Positions 34,701-37,622 of a stretch of 37,622 nt of DNA are shown here, piece after piece. How positions within the stretch are numbered: position 1 is the stretch's first letter; each line of letters begins with the position of its first letter. The notes under the pieces are model-generated. The model searched no databases, was not told the DNA's origin, and worked only from the letters and a program-made list of their open reading frames with translations. The position numbers and the translations under genes are program-made. The stretch comes from Gonapodya sp. JEL0774 (Eukaryota): NCBI GenBank assembly GCA_027604505.1, contig JADIIX010000018.1, forward strand, positions 186,001 through 223,622, written 5' to 3'.

Positions 34701-35697
34701 AAAGGCCACCGATAATGCAGGATGTGCAATGCGGACGAATCCAATTGCCTGCTTTCGCTAAACGGTCACTCGTCCACTTCCGCATCTCTTGGACTCGAAT
34801 CCATCCACAAATGAACACTTCACTCTACAGCAGAACCCACCGCTCCTCTTCGGTCGAATCCCCATCAGGTGCAAATCTCCACGCCCAAGCACCTCTCGAG
34901 TTCAATTCCCGCCTCTGTGCCTCTGTGGGAGTGAAAGTGACGGCGGAAGACGACAGGGCGACATTTGCTGCATCCACTGATGGCGCTGTAACCTGCGTCG
35001 GTGAGGAAGAGTCGACGGTTGGCTGCACGGGGTGATTAACGCGCCAGGCTGAGAGCAGGGGACAGTGGTGAGCGGGGAAAACGGAAAACGTGCAACATGG
35101 TGACAAGAGTCAAATCGAGCATGACCCTCCTTAGGTTGGAGAAACTCAGAATAACAGGAGGAAGGCCGCACGAGAAATTATTCTGACTATGGGGATGCGC
35201 ATCTCGATGCGAGGTTCCTATGTGGCCTGGACATCTCCGGCACCCGCATTCTGACACTCACATGCAACCCTTCTAGACTCAAACGATCTCCCCCTCGCGT
35301 GGACGAACCACCAGGGCATTGTGGGATCAATTCGAAGGTCCCAAAAAGAATCGGCACCGCCAGGCAACAGCAACGGATTGTCGTCAAAGAGAGAGACGTT
35401 GCGAGAGTATCCACGGAGTATACGTCGTCCGCAGCAGCACATGAACAGCGGAAATCCGACAGCGGTGACAGCGAGAGCAACAATTAGAGGGAGGTTGGTG
35501 CCATTTTCATTATTATTATTGGCGATTTGTCGTTTTAATAGGATATTATCGTGTTGAGGGAACGGTCCAAACTCGTAGGAGTTCGCTGCCTCCTCTAACC
35601 GGCTTCCAAATGAAGCAAACACAAGCATCGATAGTGTGGAAAAGGCGAGTAGCCACCCAGTCGTGCCACCAGTTCCAACAACAGCACGGAGATCCAT
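31720..35697 (-). CDS. Second membrane SPRY-domain/PPxY protein (Ssh4/Ear1-like) with a signal/TM N-terminus
   Basis: Hydrophobic N-terminus, KR site, TM segment LPLIVALAVTAVGFPLFMCCC. SPRY segments FLYFEALL, IAVGLVARPYPPFF, PGRYPLSVAY, IFCTFNG, WYPAVG and INCGQEPFIF. PPPEY and PPPDY motifs. Internal exon borders are only partly resolved. Confidence 0.75.
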
Positions 35698-36232
35698 GAT
35701 GGTTGGCGAATCAAGTTCGGAAAGTTCTGTTTCCGACCACCACGCTTCGAGGAGTGCACCTTTTCGTCCGGCTAAGTTCTTCCCCTCACTTCACTTTCAA
35801 TATCCTCGTTCTGATTTTCACGCGGCCAGGTCCAATGAGATGTCTGTTCCGGATGGGGGACAAAAAATCTCCAACCGCGCTCGCTCTCTAGCACTGGTAT
35901 GGTACTTGTTGTCTTCCACTGTTTATGTTTCTGTTTCCAGGGCCAGTGTTCACTTGATTCCCGACGAAGATCAAGTCAAATGAAGTGGTGTGCTGATCAA
36001 CCCAAGTGAACCGCCATCACATATGAAACACATCCCCAACAAATGGCCCCCCAATTCCACTCGCGAACACAAGAAGTAACTTGTTATATCCATCCCCCAT
36101 TGTCTTATTATTGTAATAGGTACATATCCCACTTGTGCCTGAATGCGTCAAAACTGTTGTTCACCCGACCTTCGCCGATTGATGGGGATGGCCAGGATGT
36201 TCCCGAACCAATCCTGACACATTCATACACTT

Positions 36233-37622
36233 ATGTCCGATTCTACAGCTTTCGCATCGACATTGAGACTCGGAGATTGCAACGTGTTTTGTCTCGCGCT
36301 CACCGTCTTTTACTATGTGCTCGTCATCGGTGGATTCTTTGCTGTCTACACATATCGCCATTCACTCACATTCAAAGTGGTGAGATGGGATATCTTATGC
36401 TGCGCAGAGGAGCTCGACCGAAAGTAATGATATTATTTTTATCTGTCACAGCGTCCAATCCCTTTGATCGTCACTGCGGTGGTGGGGCAGGCAGGCATCG
36501 TATTTGGTGGGTGGTAGTGTTTCATCCCCACCAAATAAGGCCTCTTTGATGATGCTATGATTTACGATGTGTTGTCACCACAGGAATGTTTCTTAACACA
36601 TCAAAATTAGCTGGTGAAGCATGCTGGCCAGCATTTTGGATCATTTCTTTCGGTGCGTGTGAATTCAATTCTAGCGTGAAGCCCCAAAGATCTCAACACA
36701 ACCGCAAAAGCGTTCGTGCCGTCTGGTCTCCTTACAAACATGGCTTTTCGCTTAATCATTCAAAACTTTGAAAATCAGCAGGCTATTGAGCACCACAACG
36801 GCAGTGCCTGCGCGCCCCAGCAGAAGCAGACCCTTATTCAAAGAATTGCAACCGAAATTGTCGGATGGATAATGCGGAACAAAGCGTCATTCACAGTCCG
36901 CGCGGTCATCAAAAGCATGATAGTTCAAACTGTCATTTCAGCGACAATATCTGTTCCGATTCAGATTCTTCTGCCCCCGGAGGATCTCTGCCACCTGGAA
37001 TCACGAGCATACTACTTCCAACGAATCAGCGGAACTTTATTAGTGATAGTCGCACCAATTCTTCTCATCGGAATGAACAATATCCGTGATCTACATTCCT
37101 TTCAGTGCGTGCCGCTCTCAAGGTGGTGGTGACTTCTTTCACACAATCGATGACCCTCCTTGCTTTTGCTGCCAATCTCCGACAACAGGCTCACCTCGTC
37201 GTTTGACATGACTGTTTGTCTGGTGCTTGTTTCAACATGTAAGTATGATGACGATTGCGAACACGCCCAAATGTCAAAGTTTGTGACACAATATCGTTTC
37301 GCCAGATAATCTTTGGCTGACCACATACATTCCCATTTCGATCAAGAAAGAATTTCCACCGTTTGTCGTCATACTTCTCTACGAAATATGTTGCTGCACT
37401 GTAAACGCGTGCTATCCTGCGTGGTTGGCGCGCAAATCCTGTGAGTTTGCAGTGTTTGTGTCGGTTCCTACGGTATGCGAATGCGAACCGTTTACATTCA
37501 TTGCACTAGCAAGATTTGCTCTCCACCGTTCATGCAGGATCGCTCGGGGAGAGCTCAGACAAGTTTAAAACCTTCGCATATGCAAAGCCAGGAGACCCCA
37601 CGTGGGAAGCCTTTTGTAGCTT
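36233..37622 (+). CDS. Multi-pass membrane protein, probable 7TM-RGS (GprK-like) receptor, truncated by the window end
   Basis: Successive hydrophobic exons: LTVFYYVLVIGGFFAVYTYR, RPIPLIVTAVVG, CWPAFWIISF, LLVIVAPILLIGMNNIRD and FPPFVVILLY. The terminal frame DPTWEAFCSF resembles the first RGS helix. Confidence 0.55.

Overview
Intron-rich eukaryotic DNA with short GT-AG introns (about 50-140 nt) and CTAAC/CTGAC-type branch points. Two Zn(II)2Cys6 genes mark it as fungal, and it is probably an early-diverging (chytrid/monoblepharid-like) lineage (inference). The ORF track is unreliable here, so gene models were spliced by eye. In order: 5' end of a Gly/Gln/Tyr-rich gene (-); a bacterial-like acyl-CoA ligase (-) divergent from an AtuA/DUF1446 gene (+), followed by a Zn2Cys6 regulator (-), together a candidate catabolic mini-cluster; NOP4/RBM28 (+); an alkaline ceramidase (+) bracketed by an ~82-bp direct repeat; an unknown disordered protein (+); a Zn2Cys6 gene absent from the ORF track that needs a 5-nt microexon (+); a soluble bacterial-type HMG-CoA reductase with an in-frame TGA, probably a pseudogene (+); an Ssh4/Ear1-like TM-SPRY-PPxY protein (+); a degraded ORF; an animal-type selenocysteine lyase-like gene (+); an SDR (+); a second TM-SPRY-PPxY paralog (-); and the start of a probable 7TM-RGS receptor (+). 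No rRNA, tRNA, CRISPR or transposase was recognised. Family calls are from motif recognition only; no searches were run.
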